Source: Eledone cirrhosa (Eukaryota). From it: a stretch of DNA of 64,000 nucleotides. The stretch spans positions 9,920,001 through 9,984,000 of the forward strand of contig OZ024749.1 in NCBI GenBank assembly GCA_964016885.1, in the 5' to 3' direction. The notes under the pieces are model-generated. The model was not told the origin of the DNA. It made no database searches and saw only the letters and a program-made list of their open reading frames with translations. Shown piece after piece: positions 26,993 through 39,456 of this stretch. A program made the position numbers and the translations under genes. The number at the start of each line of letters is the position of its first letter. Position 1 is the stretch's first letter.

Positions 26993-27550
26993 GGGTGTCC
27001 CAAATATTCATATACACACTTCAATATTCTAATAAACATTGCCTGTACAGGTAATCATAGTGTGTATATATTTTTTTAGGAGACACACAGAGATAGATAT
27101 TGATAGCATCTTTGGGTTCCATCTGGATGTCTTTATAAATGACAGTTTAGTTACGTACACCAGTTTCATCATTAGAAAGTTATGTTACAAAATCCTTCTA
27201 AATTCTTGATTATTCCCCAAATTAATAGAAAATCAAAAAACTATTTTATTATAAATTTAGTGACAAAAATGTTAATCTATTCTCTTGGGTAGAGTGCTGG
27301 ACAAAAGACCTTACCATATTTGGTTATGTTTCTTTAGATTCTGAACAAGATTTGTAGGAGTTGATTTTTCAAGGGTTGATTAAGTAAGAACCTGCTAACA
27401 CTTTCATGACCATATTTTTATTTTTTATTAACTAATAAAGACTTTTGAGGGATTTACTCAAATTATTAATTATTTCAATACTTAATGTAATTAATTATTT
27501 CATTCTTTAATGTAAGGTTCTTATATAAAATTATTTTGGAAGATTTTAAT

Positions 27551-27765
27551 TTAACCCTTTAGCATTTAAACCGGCCATATCTGGCTAGAATTCTCTCACC
27601 TCTTTCTGTTCAAACTGACTGTAACTAACACCTCATACTTATGTTAAGGTATTGTTCTCAAAATAAATAATATCAAAATCTTATAGATTCAATATTATGT
27701 GAGATAAAGCCTTTACTTGAAAATACAATAGTAAATATGGAGTAATGTAAATGCTAAAGGGTTAA
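27551..27765. mobile_element. piggyBac-like MITE (TTAA-CCC...GGG-TTAA); other copies near 19060, 25278, 29531, 34440, 40248, 45508, 46385, 56323
   Basis: TIR TTAACCCTTTAGCATTTA / TAAATGCTAAAGGGTTAA; conserved ~210-bp body in about 9 copies. Confidence 0.85.
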
Positions 27766-27852
27766 ATTAGGAACCTTTAAAATGGATGGTTTTATTTCAT
27801 AGAACTGGATCCAGGTTTGTAACTAAATGGTTTTTCCACAAAATGTAATTTT

Positions 27853-28110
27853 TACCACTACTATTACTACTACCACAATCATCACCACTACCACAATTTT
27901 TACCACTACTATCACTACTACTATTACTGCCATCATCACCATTTCTACTATTACTACTACCATTACAATCACCATCACCACTGCCACAATTTTTACCACT
28001 ACTATTGCTACTATCATTTCTACTATTATCATCATCACCACCACTTCTACTACCATTACTACTAGTATTATCACCACTACTGCCATTGCTGCTACTACTA
28101 CTACTACTAC
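27853..28110. repeat. Degenerate (ACT/ACC/ATC)n microsatellite
   Basis: Low-complexity trinucleotide tract. Confidence 0.85.
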
Positions 28111-28265
28111 AAAAGAATACCAAGCAAAATACTCTGATTTAATGTCATTTAATAAAAATGGCAGTAATATAATGTTCTCAGTTTTGTGGCCTTCATTGTA
28201 AAACCTAAACAAAAGTTAAAAAGTCATAATTTCCAATGTAATTTGTATTTATTTATCTATTTAAG

Positions 28266-28519
28266 ATGCAAAGCCTGAAAAACCCAAGGTCTTCAAGCCG
28301 ATATCGAAGCTAGCAGAACTGGCATCTACATTTCAGTCAGTGAAAGAAATCAAGAAAGAGAAGAAGGAAGAATCTATCCCAGCCCCACCACCCCCACCCC
28401 CGCCCCCACCTCCTCCTCCACCTGTAAGCACCTCAGTCCCACTGCTGTCATCACCTGAACATCATTCAAAATCTCATTTTTCAGCGGATACTCCAAAATC
28501 ACAGAAGGAAAGCAAAAGT
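28266..28519 (+). CDS. U2SURP: U2SURP coding exon with poly-proline tract
   Basis: TAAG|(D)AKPEKPKVFKPISKL...PPPPPPPP...QKESKS|GTAAGT; phase 1 to 0; VFKP.SK corresponds to human IYKPSSR. Confidence 0.85.
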
Positions 28520-28796
28520 GTAAGTCTCTATCTCTTTCACCTCCCCAACACACATACAGCACCACTCCTCCCCCAGAGAACACTGCCAAACCAAGGATTT
28601 CTGGAAAGTTGTACATGGGTGCAGGTATGGCTGTGTGGTTAAGGGAGTTTCTTCTGTGACTATGTTGGGATCATTTCTGTGCGGCACCTTGGGCAAGTGA
28701 TAGGATGATTAAGCTTAGACTAGTCCTGAATAATGATATTCTTACTGTTCTTATTCTTTCTGTGTATGCACCACAGAAGGAGATTCTCTTGCAAGC

Positions 28797-29490
28797 TATC
28801 ATCATCATCTTTATTGTTTTTACACCTGTTTTTCCACACTTGCATGGGTTGGACGGATCCTTTTCAACACAACACCTCTCCACCTGTCACAATCCCTCGT
28901 CGTCTCCACTGTGAGTCTCAGTGATTTGAGATTAGCTCTCACCACCTCTGCCCAGGTCTTCCTTGGTCTACCACTGGGATTTCCTGGCACTTCTTCACCT
29001 AGCGATCATCATCCATGAGTCTTCTCTCTTGCACACCACCTCGGATTCCTCTTAAACCCAGCTTCTCCTTCAGTTCATCCAGGCTCTGCCTTTCTCTAAC
29101 GGTTACATTGCACATCCAATGAAGCATGGTAGCTTCATTTCTCTCCACCCTACACATGTCCTCTGCAGCCACTGCTCATGTTTCACTACCATGCAAAATT
29201 GCACATCAAACACAGGCATCATACAGTTGTCCTTTTGTACGTAGAGAGAAACCTTTTACTGGTCAACAGTGGGAGTGGCTCTCAATAACAAATGTTCTGT
29301 AATCTGGTGGTCACTCATGCTGCTATGGATAGGTGAATAACTTGAGAGAGCTGTACAAACCATGTTCAGGGATGCAGTCAACAAGGTTGGGGTTTAACAA
29401 TGAGTACAGTGATGAATTTAGCATGGATGGGAGTTCACCAAGGATCAGTTCTCAGTGCACTTTTGTTCACTATAGTCTTCTAGTCCATCA
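28797..29490. mobile_element. Decayed RTE LINE with 5' inversion (3' part on minus, RT part on plus)
   Basis: Minus-strand tail and C-terminus to ~29290; plus-strand NNEYSDEFS..GVHQGSVLS.LLF at ~29345-29490. Confidence 0.75.
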
Positions 29491-30113
29491 TAACATATCT
29501 AGAATACTGTGCAAGTACACCACTTTTACGTTAACCCTTTAATGTTCAAACCGGCCAGAATTCTCTACCTTTTTCTGTTGAAACTGGCTATAACTGGTCC
29601 CTCAAACTGATGTTAAGGTATTGTTCTCAAAATAAATAGTCTCAAAATCTCATAGATTCGATATTATGTGAGATAAAGCCTTTACCATGAAAATACAATA
29701 GTATATATAGAGTAATGTGAATGCTAAAGGGTTAAGGGACAACTGACACTTCTTCCCATCTTTTCTAGGATCTTATACTACACAGCTTAGGGCTACAGCA
29801 TAACCAGAAGTAAACAAACCTTATAAAATATTAAAATGCTGGGAGATTTGAAATGTGAGAATCCCAAATCCAGAAAATAACTAATAAGTCAATCACTACT
29901 AAGAATAGCTAGCCACTTTTATTTCCATTTCAAAGGGTATTTTTCCTAATTTTCTCAGCTATTATCTATAGCAACTGACTGTTATTACAGTTATTTTATG
30001 CGTTTTGAATTCTCCCATTTCCAAATTTTATGAAAATATTAATAACTATTCATCATCATCATCATCATTTAACGTCCATTTTCCACGCTTGCATTTATTT
30101 ATTTGTTTTACAG

Positions 30114-30199
30114 CAGCAGCAAAATTATTCCTCCTCAAAGAAGAGAAAAGATGACAAAAAGAAAAGCAACTTGGAACTTTTCAAAGAAGAATTAAAACA
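30114..30199 (+). CDS. U2SURP: U2SURP coding exon (tandem CAG acceptors)
   Basis: QQQNYSSSKKRKDDKKKSNLELFKEELK|GTAAGC; KKKSNLELFKEELK as in human. Confidence 0.93.
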
Positions 30200-30277
30200 G
30201 TAAGCACTTTTTCTGCTCTCATTCCTCTTGTGTAATCACTACTTAATAATCAATCATTTTATTATTTTGCTCATTAG

Positions 30278-30645
30278 AGCGAGGGATTGGCAGTATTGGT
30301 AGAGCATCAAACAAAATGCTTTGTGGCATATAGTTACGGCTCTTTACGTCTGAGTTCAAATCCTGCCATGGTTAGCTTTGCCTTTCCTCCTTACAGATGG
30401 AAGTACCAGTAATGCACTGGGGTCGAACTAATCAACTTGCTGCTCCTCCAAAATTGTTGGCTTTTTTCCTAAATCAAAAACAATTATTTTGCTTGTCTTG
30501 AGTTCAAATCCCGTCGAGGTTAGCTTTGCCTTTCAAGCTTACGCAGGTAATAAAAATAAAGTACCAGTAACACACTGGGGTCGATTTAGTCGAATAACCC
30601 CCTTCCATTCAAATTGCTGGCCTTGTGCCAAAGGTAGAAACAATT
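30278..30645 (+). mobile_element. Tandem Meta-like SINE copies
   Basis: Two copies of GAGTTCAAATCC..GGTTAGCTTTGCCTTTC..AGTACCAGTAA..TTGCTGGCCTTGTGCC. Confidence 0.8.
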
Positions 30646-31009
30646 ATTTTGCTTTTGTCTAGGGCGGTGAATTTGCAGTGTTGGTAGAATGTTGCACAAA
30701 GTACTGTGACAGTTCAGGAAACTTGGGTGTGATTTGAGGAAGCTTCAGCTGCTATTTCTTGTAGGTTGAGAAATCACGTAGAGGCTGTATGTGTATGCTA
30801 AAACATATTTGTAACTTTCTCAGGTAGTACTGTAAGGTAGTGGGGCTGGTGCCCTAATAAAATGCCTCCAGTATATTCTGTAAAGTGGTCGGCCTTCAGT
30901 AATAATACTGATCATGGAACATTTGAGCATGATGTGGTTCTCTGATCCAAGTCTTGGACAATGTTAATAACCCTTCCACCATGCCCACAGGGAAAATAAA
31001 GATAAAATG

Positions 31010-31565
31010 ATGACGATGATGATGGTCATCATCATTGTCGTCACCATTTAACATCCACTTTTCCACACTGGCATGGGTTAGACTAGTTATCCTGTTGTGA
31101 GTAATGCCAGGTCAGGTGACCATGTCTTGTTCATACAGAACCAATTTTGGTTTGGTTTCTACAGATCGATGCCCTTGCTAGTGCCAACCTCATTTACAGT
31201 GAGTACTGGGTGCTTTTTGTCATGACACCTACACGACCACTTTGCAGTGTGGGCAGGACACATTTTTTGACATCTACATAACCACTTTACAGTGTGGGCA
31301 GGGCACATTTTTTGACATTACACGACCACTTTACAGTGTGGGCAGGGCACATGTTTTGACACCTACACAACCACTTTACAGTGTGGGCAGGGCACTCTTT
31401 TTGACACCTACATGATCACTTTATAGTGTGGGCAGGGCACATTTTTTGACACCTTCACGACCACTTTACAGTGTGGGCAGGGCACATCTTTTGACACCTT
31501 CACGACCACTTTACAGTGTGGGCAGGGCACATTTTTTGACACCTTCACGACCACTTTACAGTGGA
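31010..31565 (-). repeat. RTE-tail retroposon with ~45-bp internal tandem array (31230-31562)
   Basis: About 8 copies of ACCACTTTACAGTGTGGGCAGGGCACATTTTTTGACACCTWCACG. Confidence 0.88.
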
Positions 31566-31651
31566 CAGGAAGCTTCACTGGATGTAACTTCAGCTTGTAC
31601 TCATTAATTTTTTTTTTTGTTTTTTTTTTTACCATTCTTTATTTCTTTCAG

Positions 31652-31800
31652 AATCCAAGAAGAACGACAAGAACGACATCGATTAAAAAAACAGTTCCGT
31701 AAAAATAGCGTAGAAGAAGAACCTGATGAACCACATCCTCCACCTAGATTTGATCTCAGTTTAGAGACACCCACAAATGCACCCAGTCCTAGGAACTCTG
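31652..31800 (+). CDS. U2SURP: U2SURP coding exon
   Basis: TTTCAG|(Q)IQEERQERHRLKKQF...PSPRNS|GTAATT; phase 2 to 1. Confidence 0.92.
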
Positions 31801-31879
31801 GTAATTATACAATACATTTCTGATAGATTTATGATGATGACAACAGCAGCTGTTGCTACTGCTGGTCATTAGCAAATCT

Positions 31880-32160
31880 AAAGTCTGTCTTAAGCCAGAA
31901 GGCTCGTTAGGCTGGTGCTTATCCCGGTTTCATGGCATAAAACGACTGAGAGTGCAAGACTTCACCCTGGGCAGGACGCCAGTCCATCGCAGGGTTAAAT
32001 TCCCAGCTATTGCTGGTACTCATTTTTAGCTGAGTACGCTGGAGCAATATGAAATGAAGTGTTTTGCTCAAGAACACAACACGCAACCCAGTCCAGGAAT
32101 CAAACCCATGACACTATGATCAGAAGCCCAACACCCTTACTACTAGGCCACGTGCCCCCA
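31880..32160 (-). mobile_element. CORE-like tRNA SINE with a different 3' part (CCCTGCGATGGACTGGCG); plus-strand relative at ~41945-42210
   Basis: tRNA-like head near 32160 and CORE-like block. Confidence 0.7.
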
Positions 32161-32889
32161 GCCATGAGCAAATGCCTAACTGAAATTTTCTCCATGACTG
32201 TTTTGTTTCTTCCCTCTTGGTTACAACAACAACTCTATTTTGAATGTATCCAGTCCAATCCAGGGTCTGTTGCTGGAGAAACTCCTCCCTGGTTGACCTC
32301 CACCATTTTCTGTTTGGTTTTGGTCATGTCAGGAATGTAGCCCTACTCACTACGCTTGGCCAATTGCGGATTGGTGAGGCTAATTAACCAATAATTGGTG
32401 TGAATGGCAATTGACTCTGGGGAGTCCATCTACCCTTTTAACGGCTCTTGTTTTTTGTGCTGCTGGGGTTCCACTTTCCCTCCCCACCAGACCAGGGTCT
32501 AAAGGGGGAGTCGGTTAAGTCACTGACCACTCAACCATGAAGCAAGTAAAACAAGCTTCTTCAATGCAGGCTTTTTTTTTTTTACTATGAAAGATAGTGA
32601 ACCAAAGAGGTGGAGAAAAAGTGGACAGCATTGCCTGTGGGTCTTGAACTCAGCCATATCGAGTGGCTGCACTACCATTACAACACTGTCCAGTCTCTAG
32701 CGGCTTATGTACCCAACTTAATGTGAAAATTAACCTTCGTTGAAGCAGCTTATTGTAGATTCAGAATTAACATTGAAGCAACTTACAGAAGGCTAACACA
32801 TTCTAAATTTGTTCAATGCTTTGTGAATATGATTGATTTTTTGTTAACATTTTCACTGTTACAGCCAGGGTTAGACTTGCAGGCCACAT

Positions 32890-33320
32890 GATAAGCTTCT
32901 CCATTCTGTTCTATTGCCTACATATTCCCTCAGCCCCTCATCAACTCCATGGTTATTTCCTCCTCCATCATCTTCAGCTATGTTTTTCTTGGTCTTCCCC
33001 TTTTCTCTGCTTCTTTCTACATTCATTCCCATCACTCCTTTCATCCTTCCTCAACACATGACCCAACCATCTCACGCCATTTCTCTTCACAACATTCATC
33101 ATTGATTCTATTCCCATCTTCCCCAACACATGACCCAACCATCTCATTCCATTTCTTTTCACAACAAACATCACTTGTTTATATTCCAATCACTCCCCTC
33201 ACCCAGTCACTTTCATTCTTCCTCAACACATGACCCAACCATCTCATTCTATTTCTCTTCACAACAAGCATCACATTTTATAGTCCTCATCCTCCTCAGT
33301 AATTCATTCTTTGCCTTCTG
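32890..33320 (-). mobile_element. Decayed RTE 3' fragment with internal tandem duplications
   Basis: VVKRNGMRWLGHVL repeated three times on the minus strand. Confidence 0.7.
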
Positions 33321-33682
33321 ACTTTCAGAGTTGAAGTCATACTAGAAGTAACAACTATATTATTTCTCCTTCACAAGTTAATGACATAGAACCTGTTGTT
33401 GTTTAACTCTTTTTCATAGCAAACCACCTGAAACCACCCCAGGGTCTACAATACTAAGCTGTCTATTTTAAAGTGTTTATATTTATCTAAAGATTTTCCA
33501 TCATAATTTTTAATATGTAACAACCTTTATATTCCAAATACTTGCTTAATAATGAATTGTATTACTGAATCTATCTGAATTCTTTTCAAAATTATAGGCA
33601 GTGTCTTCCATAAGAATATGGTAATTCCTTTTTAAATTTCTTCCCAGTTGCACTCTATTCTTATCTTGCATTCTAATTACAG

Positions 33683-33765
33683 GTGAGAACTTCAACCGTA
33701 TAGGATCTTATGATACTGGAGATGAATATACAACAAACATTTATGTAGGAAACCTTAGTCCAAAG
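33683..33765 (+). CDS. U2SURP: U2SURP coding exon (start of RRM, RNP2)
   Basis: TACAG|(G)ENFNRIGSYDTGDEYTTNIYVGNLSPK|GTAGGT. Confidence 0.94.
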
Positions 33766-34675
33766 GTAGGTTTACTTTTTACTCATTAAAACCTATTACT
33801 ATTAGTACACTCTGATAGGGTAGTGGATTGTTAGTATCATTAGAGTGCTGGACAACATTCTTTTGTGGCATAGAGTTACGGCCCTTTGTGTTCTGAGTTC
33901 ATATCTCGCCAAGGTTAGCTTTGTCTTTCATCCTTATGGAGTTGATAAAATAAAGTACCAGTAATGCACTGGGTCAATTTAATTGACTTTTCCCTTCCCT
34001 TCAAATTGCTGGCCTTGTGCCAAAAATAGAAATAATTATTAATACACAAGTGGTTGGTGATAGGAAGAGTATCCAGCCATACCTGCCAAACAAAGGGTCA
34101 GGAAAACTCTTCAGCTGTGTCTAAAGACATGACAACTTATGTTGGTGCCACGATAAATGTACTTGGTAGGTCAGAGGCTCTGCTCTAGTACTGACCGATG
34201 TGTTGTGATAACATATCAGAAGTTAAACGATGATAATGATGAAATAAAGGGTGAAAATAGTGTTTAATTATTTATCTTCTCAGATGTTTAGTTCCAAGTC
34301 AGCCATGACACTGCTGACCTATATTCAGCCATTTTAACTGTGATCATACTGTGTTATTTTTTTAAGGTGGTAGAATGCAATTTGGGTCAGGAGGATATAT
34401 GATTTGGATGCTGTTTCTAGCATGTTTAGAATTAAACCTTTTAATCCATTAGCATTTAAACCGGCTGTAACTGGCTACTCATACTGATGTTACGGTATTG
34501 TTCTCAAAATAAATAACACCAAAATTTCGTAGATTCGATGTGTGAGAATTATGTAAGCTAAAGCCTTTACCACAAAAATACAATAGTATATCTAGAGTAT
34601 GGGAAGTGGACATAAAATGGGGTTGAATTTGATGTATGGTGGGTGAGTTAATTATTTTATAATTGTTGATAATGA

Positions 34676-34882
<207 letters not shown>

Positions 34883-34940
34883 TAAATGTTATCCTTTTTA
34901 TACTTAATTTTCTTTTTCCTTCTCTCATTTAATGCAACGT

Positions 34941-35026
34941 ACAGGTAAAATTACATTATGACAAATACCATTATAACAAATTTTTTTTTATAACCCATGA
35001 ATTTCATTATAATGGAATTTCACTGT
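34941..35026. mobile_element. Tigger/pogo-like MITE; longer copy at 55026-55182
   Basis: TA-flanked TIR CAGGTAAAATT.C.TTAT / ATAA.GGAATTTCACTG. Confidence 0.65.
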
Positions 35027-35319
35027 ATATGTATGTGTATCTGGTTTAGAATAGGCACACTGTATACCTCCTGTGTCTTGTAACTAAGAGGGTTGGTGCC
35101 AGGAAGGGCAGCCTGTCATAAAACATCACTCAAAAAGAACCCCTTTATGGGTATTATTGTGTCTGTCAAGTGGGCTGTGAGGCTAACCCCTGCTTCAACA
35201 GGGAACACAGCCTTAAAATGCTTGCTGTATGTATGTGTGAATCTATCTTCATGCCTACCTCTGGGACCATTTTCTTACAAATGGCCCAGATTGTCTATCC
35301 TGTTAACACTACCTGATAT

Positions 35320-35990
35320 ATCATCATCATCACCATTTTACGTCCGTTCTTCTACGCTAGCATGGGTTAGACGGGTTGTCCTGTTGGGGGCAGTAGCCGG
35401 TCGACTGACCATGCCTTGGTCATACAGAACTGATTTTAGCTTGATTTCTACAGCTGGATGCCCTTCCTAACACCAACCTCATTTACAGTGTGGGCTGGGT
35501 GCTTTTTTGCTGTGGCACCTCCATTACCACTTTGCAGTGGGAGGGTGTGGGGGCATATTGTTTATATGCTTCGGCTTTGGCTTGTACCTGTGGGGGGTTG
35601 GGTCTATCATCATCATCATCATTTTACGTCCACTTTTCCCTGCTTGCAAGGGTGGGACGGGAACTGATTCTGGCTTGATTTCTACAGCTGGATGCCTTCC
35701 TAACACCAACCTCATTTACAGTGAGTGCTGGGTGCTGTTTTTCCGTGGCACCTCCACGTCCACTTTAGTGTGGGCTGGGTGCTTTTTTGCCGTGGCACCT
35801 ACACATCCACTTTACAGTGAAATGATAGGGACCCCAGTCCTATCATCTCATTTCTACAGCTGAGTAAACTGGAGCAATGTGAAATAAAGTGTCTTGCTCA
35901 AAGAAACAACACATCACCCGGTCTGAGAATTGAACTCACAACCTTTCGATTGCAAGGCCAATGCTCTAACCACTAAGCCATGTGCCTCCA
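35320..35990 (-). mobile_element. Two adjacent RTE-tailed SINE copies (35605-35990 full length)
   Basis: (CAT)n tails at ~35320 and ~35605; tRNA-like head at ~35988. Confidence 0.85.
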
Positions 35991-36002
35991 TATATATACC
36001 TA

Positions 36003-36156
36003 TACGAGAAGGCTTCAAAAAGTTTGTGGAAAAAGTACATAGCTAAAAATCATATGTAGGGAGTTTGATCTCAATACACCTGTATGTTCTTGTACTAAGG
36101 TGTCATAAAATGTTTTAACTGTCCTTTTTCCACAAACTCTTTGAAGCCCCCTCGTA
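36003..36156. mobile_element. Mariner-like MITE
   Basis: TA-CGAG..GGCTTCAAA.AGTTTGTGGAAAAAG TIR pair. Confidence 0.75.
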
Positions 36157-36463
36157 TATAGATAGAGAGAGAGAGAGAAACCTGTAACTCCTGATAGAGT
36201 TGCAGGGGATGGCGTTATGACATATGGCGTTTCTTGGGCACTTTAAAACCTGGTGGAGCCCATCTCCTCGCCAAGTCTGAGTATCGTTGATTTTTTAGAG
36301 AGAGAGAGAGAAAAGGGACATACAAGAAGAGAGAGAGAGAGAGAAAAAGAGACATACAGGAAGAGCAAGAGAGAAAGAGACAACGGGACATACAGGAAGA
36401 GAGAGAGAGAGAGAATGTGATGTAAGGAATATGTCTATATACGTGTGTATATATCATCATCAT

Positions 36464-36499
<36 letters not shown>

Positions 36500-36582
36500 A
36501 TAATAATAAATGTGAAGACTAAAATCCAAAGAGGGCTCAATAAGGATAAATATATATCAAATATATAAAAACCCTAGAGCAA

Positions 36583-36708
36583 ATATTTATTAAAATAACA
36601 GATTAAAGTTTAAGCAAAGAATTGCTGCTTTCACCCTTCAGAAGATCCCGTTAAGGGTGAAAGCAGCGATTCTTTGCTTAAACTTTAATCTGTTATTTTA
36701 ATAAATAT
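36583..36708. repeat. Near-perfect hairpin (~55-bp arms) with hammerhead-like CAGAAGA...GAAA at the apex
   Basis: Arms are reverse complements; homologous pieces at 37367-37410 and 58385-58690. Confidence 0.85.
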
Positions 36709-36799
36709 ATATATATATAATATAATTGTTTCTACTTTTGGCACAAGGCCAGCAATTATTGCAGTGTATTACTGGTACTTTATTTTACCGACCCCATGA

Positions 36800-37045
36800 A
36801 AGTAATTGTGTACAATGCTCAGGTGTTCTACAACTCAGCAAAGGTGCATGTATAGTACATAGAATAATGTCCAAATGTCATGAAAGTGAACAGTGTTATG
36901 TGTCATGATATACCCACAGACACATACACACACGTGTGTGTATGGAGGGGGAATATCAGGTGTAGTGTTGGCGAATTTCAGGAAGCATGGAGGTTTTAAA
37001 GGATGCAGTGTCTCAACAGCTAACAACTGATGCAGGGAGTTTGTT
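36800..37045 (-). mobile_element. CR1-like LINE 3' end; other copies at 59395-59652 (-) and ~63840-63955 (+)
   Basis: Minus-strand AEAWNKLPASVVSC..TASFK motif typical of CR1-group ORF2 C-terminus. Confidence 0.7.
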
Positions 37046-37404
37046 CCATGCTTCAGCAAATGTTTCCGAAAGTCATGGGATCTGTACTGTTTTCTGATAG
37101 TGTGTGTAACTTTATCACTTATGTGTGTATATATGTATGTAACTGTTCCATTAATGAGAGTATTTATGTAACTTTATCACTAAAGTTTGTGTATGTATGT
37201 GTCTATCACTATCTCTATATATGACTGCCACTAATGTGTGTGTATATATTTACACACACACATGATATGTAACTGTTCCATTAAAGTGTGTATATATATA
37301 TAACTGTACTGCTTATATGTATGTATATATAAGAAAAATTTGGTTGCTACTTCTAGCAACTTGTTAGAATCGCTGCTTTCACCCTTAACGGGATCTTCTG
37401 AAGA

Positions 37405-39004
37405 GTGAAATGCGTAGAAATGATCAGTGAGAGCAATGTTGAGTTCCGTGGGATTGATACCAGTGAGCTGGGACTCCTACTTAAACTTACCTATAGTAAT
37501 AATTATCTAGATACATATGACCTTAGCAACCTGTGCCCTACAAGACCAGCAAGAGGCAGACCACCTACCATTACCTCAATGGCCAAGAAAACCCACACAG
37601 ATAGATGGAACGGGTGGACCAGAGCCATACGGACCCCCGAAAACCACGATGAACTAAAGAAAATGATTGCACATGCGGTGGGGGCCAGCATAAAATTAAC
37701 CCTTAAGGAACATATGTTCAAATTTAATGGAAAAACATGCCCAAGAGGAGGGAGCAGCCATTGGTGTTAGCATTGCAGGCGACATAGCTAACTTATTCAT
37801 GGTATGGTGGGACAGTAGACTTAAACTTAAAGAACAATTAGAAGATCCCTTAACCCTGATAATGTACTCCCGCTACGTTGATGATATAAACATCGTAGTT
37901 AAAACACCCCCACTAGAGAACAGTCAGGAATTAGAGAAAAACACAATGGAAAGCATCCAGCAAATAGCTAACTCCATCCACCAGAGTATTAGAGTTACTA
38001 TAGACTACCCAAGCAAACACCCCAACCATCAATTACCTGTACTCGACACAGAGCTCTGGTTAGATACCATTAATAACAAAAAACAAATCCTCCATTCCCA
38101 TTATGCCAAACCCATGACTTCCAAATATCTGATCCACCGAAACTCAGCTGTTTCGGACCATACCAAAATCAACATACTGATTGCGGATTTGGTACGGGTG
38201 ATGAGAAACGTGTCCCGCATCTGCAACCCCGAAGAACTAGAGAGACACATACAACACTTCATCCACCGTATGCAGTTCTCTGGTTACAATCAGAGAGATA
38301 AAATCAGAGTGTATAGAGGAGCTAGAACCAAATGGGAAAAAATGGTAAATAATGACACAAATGGGACCTGCCCCTTGTATAGGAGCAAATTTTGGAAGAG
38401 AATAGAAAGAACTAGGAATAAGACTAATAGAATAAACTCATGGTATGATAGCAATAAATACCAGAGTGTAATGTTCATCGATACAACCCCTAGAGGTGAA
38501 TTAGCTTACAAATTTAGAAGGGCCCTAGATAAACATAAACTCAATATTAAGATAGTAGAAAGACCAGGTACCTCCATAAAAACACTTATTAGCAAGACAT
38601 ACCCTTTTCAAAGACCCCCCTGTATAGATAAGAAATGTATAACCTGTAAATTAAGCCCCCATATTAACTGTAAAACTAGAAATGTAGTATATAGCATAAG
38701 ATGTACTGAAGGACAATGTAGAGATAAAAATATAGTGTACATAGGTGAGACAGCTTGTAGTGTAGGGGAACGGATAAATGAACACTGGCGAGACCTTCAA
38801 GATAGTAAAGAATCATCTGTACTCTACCAGCATGCTAAATTAGAACATAAGGGTAAATTAGAGAACATAGAAATAAAAATAGAATCTACACACAGAAAAG
38901 ATGCAATGTTTAGACAAATCACAGAGGCAATAAACATAAAAGAATTACAACCAAAATTAAATAGAAAACACGAGTGGAACAGCAACATCACAACTTACAA
39001 TTAA
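37405..39004 (+). pseudogene. PLE RT-GIY-YIG ORF with one frameshift near 37738
   Basis: ORFs 37405-37770 and 37727-39004 join at FNGK(T)/AQEEG; no other disruption seen. Confidence 0.88.
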
Positions 39005-39191
39005 GGACAAACTGAAAACACACGCACATAGAACAAACAACCAACCAGTAACATGTAAATAAACGAATATAAACACACACAAACACCCGGATGTGGCGCA
39101 TGCGCAGACTGAGCACACAACACACACACAGAAACAAGATGGAATAGGACAGAACAAAGGAGAGGCACAAAAACAAAGAAAAGAATCCCCA

Positions 39192-39234
39192 GTTACTGAA
39201 GAGGTTACAGAATGTGTGACGAAAGAACTTTGAC
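39192..39234 (+). ncRNA. Minimal type-I hammerhead ribozyme in the PLE terminal repeat
   Basis: GTTA-CTGAAGA-G-GTTACA-GAATG-TGTGAC-GAAA-GAAC-TT-TGAC. Confidence 0.75.
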
Positions 39235-39456
39235 AATATATATAAACAACCATCTGGTTGTGGAACCAACCAACCAACCGGAAATTTATAAATTCCTAAA
39301 TTTATAAATTTATTATAATAAATTGAAGTGAAAGCAACTGGTGCGTGTGTTTCTTATTGGCAACATGACCCTCCCAAAGTATAACAATATATATATATAT
39401 ATATATATTGTTATACTTTGGGAGGGTCATGTATATATATATATATATACACACAT

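Larger units (their letters stand above)
37405..39390 (+). mobile_element. Penelope-like retroelement, 5'-truncated, RT + GIY-YIG, with 3' terminal repeat ending in (TA)n
   Basis: FKFNGK/QEEGAAIG, YSRYVDD, LPVLD, Cys linker, VVYSIRC..YIGET..ERINEH..ITEA..LN. Confidence 0.93.

Noticed and set aside
27797-28212. Thr-, Val- and Ser-rich ORFs (mucin-like)
   Set aside because: Degenerate trinucleotide microsatellite in an intron
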